Shown here piece after piece: positions 28,091 to 37,841 of a DNA stretch of 64,000 nt. The DNA is from Verrucomicrobiia bacterium (GTDB lineage Bacteria > Verrucomicrobiota > Verrucomicrobiia > Limisphaerales > Palsa-1400), in contig DATAUD010000096.1 of the NCBI GenBank assembly GCA_036268455.1, positions 31,577-95,576 on the forward strand, given 5' to 3'. Within the stretch, counting starts at the first letter, position 1, and each line of letters begins with the position of its first letter. Both the position numbers and the translations under genes were made by a program. The notes beneath the pieces are model-generated. The model saw only the letters and a program-made list of their open reading frames with translations. It was not told where the DNA came from and ran no database searches.

Positions 28091-28134
28091 CGGGGGAGAG
28101 AGAGACGAGGGTTCGATTCCCTTCACCCGCTCCA
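28091..28134 (+). tRNA. tRNA 3'-end fragment: T-arm, acceptor 3' strand, discriminator U and CCA (tRNA-Gly-like). The 5' half is absent.
   Basis: GAGGG-TTCGATT-CCCTT (a 5-bp T-stem with a canonical TTCGATT loop), then CACCCGC-T-CCA. The upstream sequence cannot form D or anticodon arms; the candidate anticodon stem mismatches. A -CCCGCUCCA 3' end is typical of bacterial tRNA-Gly. Confidence 0.5.
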
Positions 28135-28422
28135 ATTGACAGGTTGCGACAGATTCCGTCAGGCAACGACTATCCCATTGATTCGCAATTGGTTCCGCGT
28201 GGTTTGATCCTGTATTCTTTGCGACAGGATGCGACCCGTTTTGACCGTTCGCGCCTAAATTCTGTGCGCGTATTTGGTGGGTCATGTGAATTTTCTGTTG
28301 CAGTGTTTCGTTGACACCTCAACAGGAAACCACGTTGACCCGCCCTCGACCAGTTTTCCGCGCGCGGCGCGCCTCCACCCCTCGGGGTTCGGCTGCGCTC
28401 GGCTCGCTACGCTCGCCTCCGC

Positions 28423-28452
28423 TCCGCCTCACCCCGGAGGGGTGGAGGCGGA
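28423..28452. repeat. GC-rich near-perfect hairpin / inverted repeat (TCCGCCTCACCCC-GGA-GGGGTGGAGGCGGA)
   Basis: A 13-bp stem with one bulged G and a 3-nt loop, embedded in a low-complexity CGCTCG-rich tract. It lies in non-coding sequence between the tRNA fragment and the DUF1559 remnants. Confidence 0.6.
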
Positions 28453-28499
28453 GGGAAGAAAGACAAATTACAGAAAGAGATTTACACCCCCTATTTCAA

Positions 28500-29035
28500 G
28501 CGCTTCAAATGTGCAAGCGGGAGGCGCTGCCGATCTAGCTTGGGTCGTAAATGGACCGACAGAATACCCGTACGTTGCCGCGATGTGCGGGAGTTATGGT
28601 CAGAACGGATGGTTTACGGATTTTATAGACCTTATGCCGATGGAGTTGGGAGGGAATGAACTGAATAAACCCATGTACCCACAATACCTTTTTCCAAAGC
28701 TCTCATCTGTGCCGAAACCCGCGCAGACCCCGCTTTTTTTTGATCAAAATTACCTAATGACGGTCCCCTTGGAAACCGATGTCCCTGCGAACGATCTTTA
28801 CGCTGGGCAGCCGCCAATTGGCTATGCCCGTGACGGTATGGGCTGCTGCACTATTTTGAGGCATGGGGGACGGACGGCCAGCCAATCTGTTCCATATCAG
28901 TCAGAGCAGTCCTTGCCCGGCGCGATTAATATGGGATTAGCCGACGGTCACGTCGAACTATCCAAACTTCCTAATCTATGGAATTACTATTGGCATCTCA
29001 ATTGGAACCCGACTCTGGTCAAACCCCCGCCGTAA
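28500..29035 (+). pseudogene. DUF1559 (H-X9-DG) family protein, C-terminal fragment only
   Basis: It ends with the family's C-terminal signature ...GAINMGLADGHVELSKLPNLW. No prepilin N-terminus is present. The upstream in-frame sequence is low-complexity Pro/Ala/Arg-rich, non-coding-looking sequence. Confidence 0.6.
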
Positions 29036-29223
29036 TGCGCGTGAAAATGAGATGCTGGCCAAATTGCGGCTTTAGGCTTACCGAATTGCTCGTGGTCATC
29101 GCAATTATCGCGATTCTGGCGGCTCTTTTGCTTGCAGCGCTGTCCAGCGCAAAAGAGTCCGCCCAACAAACATCCTGTGCCGCTGCTTGTTTGCCCTTGG
29201 ACTCGAATCCCACAAAATCCTAA
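29035..29223 (+). pseudogene. DUF1559 family protein, N-terminal fragment only (prepilin leader plus about 45 aa, then decayed)
   Basis: [48 protein letters not shown]... then loses the family pattern and stops. A 45-nt segment (GAADLAWVVGGPT) partly repeats one in the preceding fragment. Confidence 0.6.
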
Positions 29224-29368
29224 TCTGCAAGCTCCCGGCGCTGCAGATCTGGCGTGGGTCGTTGGAGGACCTACGCTAGGCGTTCCGGCGATATGCGCAT
29301 TTTCACCAAACGGCTGAAGCGCTGACTCGCAGTTGACTCCGCGTTTTTCGCCTCGTAGGCTTTCCGCG

Positions 29369-30644
29369 ATGTCGAGGTTGCCGTTTGAGGCTTTTTTGGC
29401 TTTCCGCTATTTACGACCGCGCCGGACTTTTGTCTCGGTTATCACTGTCATTTCCATCATCGGCGTTCTGCTCGGTGTGGCGGTTTTGATCGTCGTCATC
29501 GCAGTGATGAGCGGGTTTGACAAGGAATGGCGCGTTCGCATCCTCGGCTTCAACGCCCATTTGAAAGTCTATCCCGCCAACCGCGATCAAGCCCTGACCA
29601 ATTACGAAAACATCATGCGGACCATTAAGGCCACGCCGGATGTCGTTGGCGTCTCGCCTTTCATCGGCAGCATGGTCCTCGCCCAGACCGAACCGGATAC
29701 CGGCCCGGTTTACACTGCCGTTCCATCCATGTTCGGGATTGACCCGGCCACGATTGGCAGCGTGAACGTGCTGCCCAAAAGCATCGTCTCGGGCAGGCTG
29801 GATTTGGACGATAAAGGATTGGTCGTCGGCCAGGATTTCGCCGAACGATATGGTTTGAATCTCGGAGACCGGCTGGCCATCTATTCTTCCAGTCAACTGC
29901 AAAAACTGCGGGCGACCATCGGCAAAACAAACGCGGAAGTTCCTTTGCCGGAGGATTTCACTGTTCGCGGAATCTTCGACGTCGGCTTTCCGGACTACAA
30001 CAGCTCGATCATCATTACTTCCCTCGACGATGCGCGCGAGTTGCAATCCATGCAGGATGATTCGGTGCAGGGGTTGCAAATCAAACTGACCGACCCGTTC
30101 CTGGCGGACAAAGTCGCGGAGGAATTGACCCACTCGTTGAGGAACGACAATGTGTCGATTTACACATGGCGGCAGGAGAATCCGGAAATTTTCAATGCGC
30201 TGGCGGTGGAAAAAAACATGATGTTCTACATGCTGTTTTTCATCGTGATTGTCGCCGGGTTCGGGATTGTGAATTGCCAGATCACGTTTGTCGTTCAGAA
30301 AACGCGCGAGATCGGAATTCTCAAGTCTCTGGGCGCGAGCCGCAGGCAGATTCTCTGGCTGTTCTTGAGCCAGAGCATTGTTGTCGGAGTGCTGGGAGTG
30401 GGGCTGGGATTCGGAATGGCGATGCTCGCGCTGGCGTATCGAAATGAATTCCTGGAATTCATGCGCCGGACCACCGGCATGCAATTGTTGCCGGCCTCGA
30501 TTTATCATGTTTACGATCTGCCTGCCTCCATTCAAGCGCCGGACATCGCGCTGATTTGCTGCGCCGCATTTTTGACGTGCGTGCTCGCCGGGTTATTTCC
30601 GGCGTGGAAGGCAAGCCGCCTGCAACCGGTGGAGGCTTTGCGTT

Positions 30645-30652
<8 letters not shown>
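29369..30652 (+). CDS. lolE: Lipoprotein-releasing system permease (LolC/LolE, FtsX-like)
   Basis: MSRLPFEAFLAFRYLRPRR..., a MacB-like periplasmic domain and a C-terminal FtsX 4-TM fold. Followed by lolD with an 8-nt overlap. Confidence 0.8.
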
Positions 30653-31322
<670 letters not shown>

Positions 31323-31639
31323 AGGATCCAGACTGTTGACAGCCATTCAGGACGGTCTATGTTGGACTCTGTGAAAAGCTTGCTTGCCATGATATTTAGC
31401 GTTGCGCTGATGTTGTCGCAGGCGGTTGGGGCGCAAAACCCTGAAAATCAATGAGCGGCCGTTCCCAAATGTTGTGGCCATTGTGAGCTTTGTAAAGGGC
31501 GATGTTGCTGCGCCGGCAAGAACGATTCCACGCCGAATCAAGCGCCGCCAGCAGTCTTGTCGCACAGCCTCTCCCAAATTGACCGGCAGTTTTTACCTTC
31601 AATCGTCATTGACGTTTACGCAAACGCCAAGCCCGAATC

Positions 31640-32637
31640 GCTGCCATTCCTGGCTTTTTCCGGCGATTATCATGGTGGAGAACGCCCACAAATATCTGGA
31701 ACATTTCCGTGAGGAAAAAGGAAGGGAACCCACAAACGCCGAAAGGGTGGACGTTATCATTCTCGCCGCGAAGAAGGTAGGCCGCCCGCTGTTTTCGCCC
31801 TGTTGGTCATCACGATAAGTTTCATCCCCGTGTTTTCGCTCGTGGCGCAGGAGGGGGGCCTGTTCAAACCGCTGGCATGGCGGACATCCGTTACAAAACT
31901 GGCCCGCCTTCAATACGCGACGAAAACGGCCAGCTTGTTGGGTTTGTATTCGTCGATATTACCAGCGGAAATATTCAAGGGTACGTAGACGCGGCATCGA
32001 AGCAAATCAACGACACAGTCAAGTTTTCACCCGGCTGCTACATTCAATGGGCGGGCCAGTTCGAATATCTAAAGAGCGCGGAACAGCGGTTGAAACTGGT
32101 GGTGCCATTCACGCTGCTGATTATTTTCCTGCTTATCTATTTGAACACCAAATCGGCGGTGAAAACGGCAATCGTCTTGCTGGCGGCGCCGTTTTCGCTC
32201 GTCGGCGCGTTCTGGTTTCTTTACATGCTGGGATACAACCTGAGCGTGGCGGTGTGGGTGGGTTTGATTGCGCTGGCGGGTCTGGATGCGGAAACCGGTG
32301 TCGTCATGCTGTTTTATCTCGATGAAGCCTGGGAGAAATTCCGAGCGGAACAGCGCATGAACACGATGGATGATTTGCGAGCCGCCGTGATCGAAGGAGC
32401 GGTTCACCGCGTCCGCCCCAAAATCATGACGATTTGCGCGATTCTCTTTGGGCTGCTCCCCATCATGTGGTCGCCGACAACATAAAGCGGGGCGGATGTC
32501 ATGAAACGCATTGCCGCGCCGATGATCGGCGGCGTTGTGACCTCGGGAATTTTGGAATTGCTGCTGTATCCGGTGATCTGCGTTTTATGGCGAAAAAGGT
32601 TTTTGCCGCGGGAAAAATGGGCAACTGCTCATGGTAA
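31640..32637 (+). pseudogene. cusA: Decayed heavy-metal RND efflux pump (CusA/CzcA family) remnant
   Basis: Recognisable CusA blocks lie in different frames: AIIMVENAHKYLE (~31660), ISFIPVFSLVAQEGGLFKPLAW (~31815, a different frame), and a ~200-aa C-terminal stretch IRDENG...WAGQFEYLKSAEQRLKLVVPF...IMWS. An in-frame TAA (32483-32485) interrupts that last block where intact CusA proteins continue into ...GADVMKRIAAPMIGG. The N-terminal ~400 aa and a ~260-aa internal section are missing. Confidence 0.7.
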
Positions 32638-32871
32638 ATGATCAGAAGGTGGCGCGCTTTCGCCTTTGCCTTTGCCATGATCCATGTTGATGAATTGCCT
32701 TGTGTCGGCGAAATAGCCGACAATGTTGAACTTGCCAATCGGTTCTCTCCGAGCGGCGGCACAGGCCGTGTGCGTTGAGGTAAAGGTGGTGCCATCGGCC
32801 GGCTTGTTTGTCCAATCACCGCTGCTGGTCAGAAATTTGTGGGTCTCGGCGTCTTCGATAATTATTTTCAT
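32629..32871 (-). CDS. Small hypothetical protein (~80 aa)
   Basis: MKIIIEDAETHKFLTSSGDWTNKPADGTTFTSTHTACAAARREPIGKFNIVGYFADTRQF.... No obvious SD sequence and no recognisable domain. Confidence 0.25.
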   Translation of the reverse strand: MKIIIEDAETHKFLTSSGDWTNKPADGTTFTSTHTACAAARREPIGKFNIVGYFADTRQFINMDHGKGKGESAPPSDHLP

Positions 32872-32962
32872 GGGGTAGAATTCGCCCAATACACCGCGAA
32901 CACAAGGAAACACCGGCCATAATTTATCTGGCGAGGGGATGGGGATGGCGTAAAGTGTCTTT

Positions 32963-35900
32963 TTGATTCTCAATGTTATGAATCTTTATTCCTTGAAACT
33001 TCATCGCGGCGTTTTGATGGCGCTTTTGTCATCTATAGTCATTGCCTGGACCGCGGCGGCGCAAACTAATGATTATTCTGGCGCGGTTTTTTCGCTGGTA
33101 GATTCCGCAAAGGCGCGAGCAGCGGCGGCGGACATTACAGCGGAGAAAAACCCGAATTGCGATGACGTCACCGTCGAGAAGAAAATGATGCGGGTGTATC
33201 GCTCCGACGGCACCGGCGAATGCCAGGACGAAACTTATACGAAAGTGCTGACGGAAAAGGGCCGGCGCAATAATCGCACCATTACGCTGAGTTTCATGCT
33301 CCCCTATTCCACCGTGCAGGTGCCCACGCTGGAATTGATCAAGGCGGACGGGCGCGTCGTTCCGATTGACGTGACGGCGAATTCCAAGGAGACGATCGAT
33401 GACAGCCAGATGTCGATGAACATCTATGATCCGAATGAAAAAATCCTGCAGGTCAATATTCCGGGCGTAGAAATCGGCGATCTGATCCATTCGGTCACTC
33501 GTCAGACGATTGAACGGTCGTTCGTGCCGGGGCAGTACTCGGAAGAAACGGTGCTGGAGGAGCCAAGCTATATTTTGCACGAATCGTATGAGGTCCGTGC
33601 GCCGGCGGATCGTCCGCTGTTGCGCATCGCCTTGCGCGATGAGGTGCCGGGGACGGTTACTTACTCCAAACATACCGCCGAGGACGGCGGCACGGTTCAC
33701 CATTGGGAGATCACCAACGTGCCACGGATGTATGACGAACCTTCAATGCCCCCTTACGAAATGGTTTTGCAACGGCTCTTTGTCAGTACTATGCCGGATT
33801 GGCAAACAGTGTCCAAATGGTATTGGAATCTCAGCAAATCCCACCTGGACGCCACCACTCCCGATATGAAACAAACGGTCGATTCGCTCACGGCGGGCCA
33901 GACCGGCGAAATGGACCGGATCAAGTCCGTCTTTTATTTTGTCTCCAAAAAAATCCGTTACATGGGAGTGACGCCGGAAAAGGACCGGCCCGGATTTGAA
34001 CCGCATGACGTTGAAATAACTTACGGGAAAAAATACGGCGTTTGCCGGGACAAGGCGGCGCTGCTGGTTTCCATGCTTCGCGAAGCGGGGCTTGACGCGT
34101 ATCCGGTGCTCGTCAGCGTGGGGGTCAAACGCGACACGGAAGTGCCCGACCCGGATTTCAACCATGCGATTGTCAGCGTTCAACTTAAAAAGGGCGATTA
34201 TATTTTGATGGACCCGACGGATGAAAATACGCGGGCATTGCTGCCGACGAGCGATTGCGACCAGAGCTTCCTGGTCTGCCGTCCGGAAGGCGAGGCGCTT
34301 AAAATCAGCCCGGTGCAACCAGCGGATGAGCATTTGATGCGCATTCAGACGACCGGAACGATGACGGCGGCGGGGTCGCTGGAGGCGAAGTCGGAGTTGT
34401 ATTTCGACGGCGTCAATGATGACGAATATAGGAATGCTTTCGCGCACATGAAGCCGGACGATCAGCGGCGGTTTTTCGAGCGCAATCTTAAACGGGCGAT
34501 GCCGGGGGCGCGGTTGCGGTCGCTCAAGATCATGCCGGCGGACATGCTGGACATGTCCCAGGCTCTCCACGCCGAACTCGAATATTCGGCGGACGGCATG
34601 ACGGCAACCGGGCACGGGAAGGCAATCGTCAGCTTGCCGTGGATTGGCAAGGAATTTGGAATCGTCAACTTCATCCTAAACGGAGCGGGGTTGGACAAGC
34701 GCAAATATCCCATGCAAACGGAAGTCGCGTGCGGGCTCGCGGAAGGAATCTCGCTGAAGCTTGGGGACGGATTTGGCGAGGCGGTTTCGCTGCCCACTTA
34801 CAGCCCAATCGATGACCCCGGGCTGGATTTTCAGGAACAAGTCACGGAACGCAACGGAGAATTGACAGCCTCGCGAGGGCTGACTTTGAAAGTCGTTGAG
34901 TTTCCACCGGCGCAATACGCGACCCTGAAGCAGGCGTTGAAATCGCTGGAATACGACCAACGCAAAGCGCCGATCCTCGCTGTCTCAGAGAGCGCGCCTG
35001 TTGCCGACCCCAAGGCGGACGAAGGGGCGCTTCCGCCGGTGCATTCGAACGCGGAAATTCTCGAAAGCCGGAAGGATTTGGACGTGATTGACGCGCACTC
35101 CTCCACGTTGAAGGTGAACTACTCCAAGCGCATCCTCACTTACGCGGGCAAGATACAGGATTCGGAAATCAAAGTTGCCTACAATCCCGCCTGCGAGACG
35201 GTGAAGTTGACGCGCGGAGTGGTGACATCAAAAACAGGCGAGCGCCAGGAGATTTCGCCGGTTGAGCTAAACGTCATGGACGCCGGGTGGAATGCCTCTG
35301 CCAAACGATATACCGGCGAGAAGATTCTCGTGGCGAGTTTGCCGGGAGTGGAAATCGGGTCTGTCATTGAAGTGGGCATTGAGATCACGGCAACAAACAA
35401 ACCGTTCACATCCGGGTTTGAATCGTTCCAATTGCCAGAGGACTTGGACACAAAATCCTTCACGCTGACGGCCCCAGCCGGGCTGGAGATTCATACGCGA
35501 GTGAGTGGCGCCGCGAGTCTCATTAAAGAGGAGCACTCGGAAGCGGGAGGCAAACAGACGTTCCGCTGGACGGCCCAGCACATCCCTGCCCTGCCGCAAG
35601 AGCCGCAACTGCCGCCGGAATGGGTTTATGATTCGGGCGTGAGTTATTTCATCGGCGACGAGTCTTCTTACCTCACGGCGCTCAATGAGATGATGCTCAA
35701 CCGCGCCAAACAATGTTCCAAAGCCGCGGCACAAGCGGAGGAACTGGAGAGCCATGCCCACGGCAAATTGGAATCGCTGACGGCGATGCGCGATTTCGTC
35801 GCCAAGTCGATTCGCCTCGCCGGGCCGTCCTTCACGGAACTTCCGCTGAATGAGCTTTCCGCGGCGGATACAACACTGGCCGACGGTTACGGACACTCCG

Positions 35901-36823
35901 CCGACCGGGCGATCCTTTTGGACGCGATGCTTTCGGCGTCGGGGTTCAATCCGGAATTTGTTCTTGGGTCGGATTTGCCGCCGATTGACGGCATTAGTAA
36001 TGTCGCCCGGACATTTCCATTGCCTGGCACGTTTAATTATCCATTGGTGCGGGTGAACGTGGACGGAACGAGCTATTACCTCAACGATACCGATCAGTAT
36101 GCGAAATTAGGCTCAACCGGTTTTGACGATCGGATGGGTGTGGCGCTTGCAACCCAGGCGCCGGAAATTCTCCGCGCCGCGTCCGGTTCTGAAAACAAAG
36201 TCGAGACCGATTACACGTTGGCGCCGGATAACACGGGGCGGACGCGCGTAACGGTGACTCGCCGCTATTACGGGGAAGATTACAACGGAAAGCATCGATA
36301 CTTCGCCGAATTGCCGCCCGAGGAACGGCGGCGTTATTTTCAGGAAGCCGTCTCAGGACTTGCGCAAGGAGCGCGAGCCGTCGGCGAGTTGACCACGCAC
36401 TTTGACAGTTATCCGGGCATCGAACAATTCACGGCGGACGTTGACAACTATAGCGTGCTGGACGGGAACTTTTGTTACTTCGACCTTCCGTTTACGCCCA
36501 CACTGTTCCCGGCGGGCGCGGACAGGCGCGCGCTGCCGCTTTTCATTTCATACCCGAGCGAATACTCGGTGCGGACGGAGATTGAACTGCCGCCGGGTTT
36601 CCGGCGCGTCGTGATGGCGCCCGGAAGCGAGACGCTCGACGCCCCGGATGGAAGCGGCCAGGCGGAAATTACTTCGACGGACAGCGACGGCAAATTCGCG
36701 ATCACGCATCAATTCAAGACCGCCCCGGCGATCATTCCGCCGCCGGATTACGCCAGCCTTTTGAAAATAGAATCCACCCTGGGGCAAAAAAGTGGAAAGG
36801 TGTTCCTCCTCGAGAAGGACTGA
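32963..36823 (+). CDS. Large secreted transglutaminase-like protein with a tandem (DUF3857-like + transglutaminase-core) architecture
   Basis: Signal peptide (MNLYSLKLHRGVLMALLSSIVIAWTAAAQ). The first transglutaminase core is GVCRDKAALLVSMLREAGLDAYPVLV...HAIVSV...MDPTDE (a Cys-His-Asp triad). The second half has a degenerate repeat, YGHSADRAILLDAMLSASGFNPEFVLG, where Cys is replaced by Ser. Confidence 0.7.
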   Translation: MILNVMNLYSLKLHRGVLMALLSSIVIAWTAAAQTNDYSGAVFSLVDSAKARAAAADITAEKNPNCDDVTVEKKMMRVYRSDGTGECQDETYTKVLTEKGRRNNRTITLSFMLPYSTVQVPTLELIKADGRVVPIDVTANSKETIDDSQMSMNIYDPNEKILQVNIPGVEIGDLIHSVTRQTIERSFVPGQYSEETVLEEPSYILHESYEVRAPADRPLLRIALRDEVPGTVTYSKHTAEDGGTVHHWEITNVPRMYDEPSMPPYEMVLQRLFVSTMPDWQTVSKWYWNLSKSHLDATTPDMKQTVDSLTAGQTGEMDRIKSVFYFVSKKIRYMGVTPEKDRPGFEPHDVEITYGKKYGVCRDKAALLVSMLREAGLDAYPVLVSVGVKRDTEVPDPDFNHAIVSVQLKKGDYILMDPTDENTRALLPTSDCDQSFLVCRPEGEALKISPVQPADEHLMRIQTTGTMTAAGSLEAKSELYFDGVNDDEYRNAFAHMKPDDQRRFFERNLKRAMPGARLRSLKIMPADMLDMSQALHAELEYSADGMTATGHGKAIVSLPWIGKEFGIVNFILNGAGLDKRKYPMQTEVACGLAEGISLKLGDGFGEAVSLPTYSPIDDPGLDFQEQVTERNGELTASRGLTLKVVEFPPAQYATLKQALKSLEYDQRKAPILAVSESAPVADPKADEGALPPVHSNAEILESRKDLDVIDAHSSTLKVNYSKRILTYAGKIQDSEIKVAYNPACETVKLTRGVVTSKTGERQEISPVELNVMDAGWNASAKRYTGEKILVASLPGVEIGSVIEVGIEITATNKPFTSGFESFQLPEDLDTKSFTLTAPAGLEIHTRVSGAASLIKEEHSEAGGKQTFRWTAQHIPALPQEPQLPPEWVYDSGVSYFIGDESSYLTALNEMMLNRAKQCSKAAAQAEELESHAHGKLESLTAMRDFVAKSIRLAGPSFTELPLNELSAADTTLADGYGHSADRAILLDAMLSASGFNPEFVLGSDLPPIDGISNVARTFPLPGTFNYPLVRVNVDGTSYYLNDTDQYAKLGSTGFDDRMGVALATQAPEILRAASGSENKVETDYTLAPDNTGRTRVTVTRRYYGEDYNGKHRYFAELPPEERRRYFQEAVSGLAQGARAVGELTTHFDSYPGIEQFTADVDNYSVLDGNFCYFDLPFTPTLFPAGADRRALPLFISYPSEYSVRTEIELPPGFRRVVMAPGSETLDAPDGSGQAEITSTDSDGKFAITHQFKTAPAIIPPPDYASLLKIESTLGQKSGKVFLLEKD

Positions 36824-36839
36824 TTTTTTTGGGGGCGTA

Positions 36840-37796
36840 ATGGCAAGGAAACGACCACTGAACGGCGCCTACGTCCTGATCGCAATGGCGGCGGTGCTGG
36901 TGACACCGTTCGTGCTGACGCTGATGACCGTCGCCCAGCCGCGCTCGCCGGTCACCGATCTAAAGGCCAACCCCACGCATCTGGGCTACACGTGGAGTTT
37001 GTCGTTGTTTATCGTGCCGGTCATCGTTTTGGCGACCTGGCTGTCCGCGCGGCCCGAGAGCCGAACACAAAAGCTGGCGTTTTGGATCACCACGGCGTTC
37101 GTGTCGGTCGCCGGAATTTTATTGGACGTCTTTTTTGGGCTGACCTTCTTCACATTTCCAAACCCGGACGCCGTGCTCGGAATACATTTTTACGGTTACT
37201 CGTTTGGAAACGGTTGGGAAAAAACGATACCAATCGAGGAGACTGGTTTTTACATTTTCGGGGCTTTGGCCGTACTGCTCGTCTATGTCTGGGGCGATGA
37301 ATTATGGTTCGGGGCGTATAATGTTGACGATGCGCCCCGCCGAAACACCCGAAAGCGCGACATCATTTCGTTTCATCCCGCGTCGGCAATATTTGGAATT
37401 GTTGTTTTTGTCGCGGGATACTTTTACAAAAAATACGGCCCTCATATGGACCACGAAGGTTTCCCGGGCTATTTCTTGTTTCTAACGCTGATGGCTATGA
37501 CCCCGAGCATGGTTTTCTTTCCTGTCGCGAGGCGGTTCATCAATTGGCGCGCGTTCAGCCTGGGCTTCCTATTTATTCTTTTGGTCAGTCTCTTCTGGGA
37601 GGCGGCGATAGCCGTGCCGTATCAATGGTGGGACTTTAAACATCCTCAGATGTTGGGTTTGTTTATAAACGGTTTTTGCGGGTTGCCGCTGGAGGAACCG
37701 CTTTTGTGGATGGGAGTCACTTGGGCCACCGTGATTCTTTACGAGACAGCCTACACGGTGCTGTTCATTGCCGGCGAACGGAACCGCCCGGAATAA
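36840..37796 (+). CDS. Lycopene-cyclase-domain (CrtYcd-like) membrane protein
   Basis: Two repeated halves, each with the PxEE motif (IPIEETGFYIFG and LPLEEPLLWMGV), in a 7-8 TM protein. Start set at MARKRPL (ATG 36840). Confidence 0.55.
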   Translation: MARKRPLNGAYVLIAMAAVLVTPFVLTLMTVAQPRSPVTDLKANPTHLGYTWSLSLFIVPVIVLATWLSARPESRTQKLAFWITTAFVSVAGILLDVFFGLTFFTFPNPDAVLGIHFYGYSFGNGWEKTIPIEETGFYIFGALAVLLVYVWGDELWFGAYNVDDAPRRNTRKRDIISFHPASAIFGIVVFVAGYFYKKYGPHMDHEGFPGYFLFLTLMAMTPSMVFFPVARRFINWRAFSLGFLFILLVSLFWEAAIAVPYQWWDFKHPQMLGLFINGFCGLPLEEPLLWMGVTWATVILYETAYTVLFIAGERNRPE

Positions 37797-37841
37797 AAAG
37801 AGAGCGCACCACGTTGGACGCGCTCCCCATTTCACTCGCTG

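Noticed and set aside
27995-28134. tmRNA (ssrA) hypothesis for the T-arm/acceptor/CCA fragment
   Set aside because: A tmRNA needs ~350 nt upstream of its 3' tRNA-like end, and that space is occupied by the M42 peptidase CDS. No 5' acceptor partner (GCGGGTG) or resume-codon/tag reading frame of plausible form was found.
29411-30535. 374-aa minus-strand ORF
   Set aside because: It is antisense to lolE. It is an artefact.
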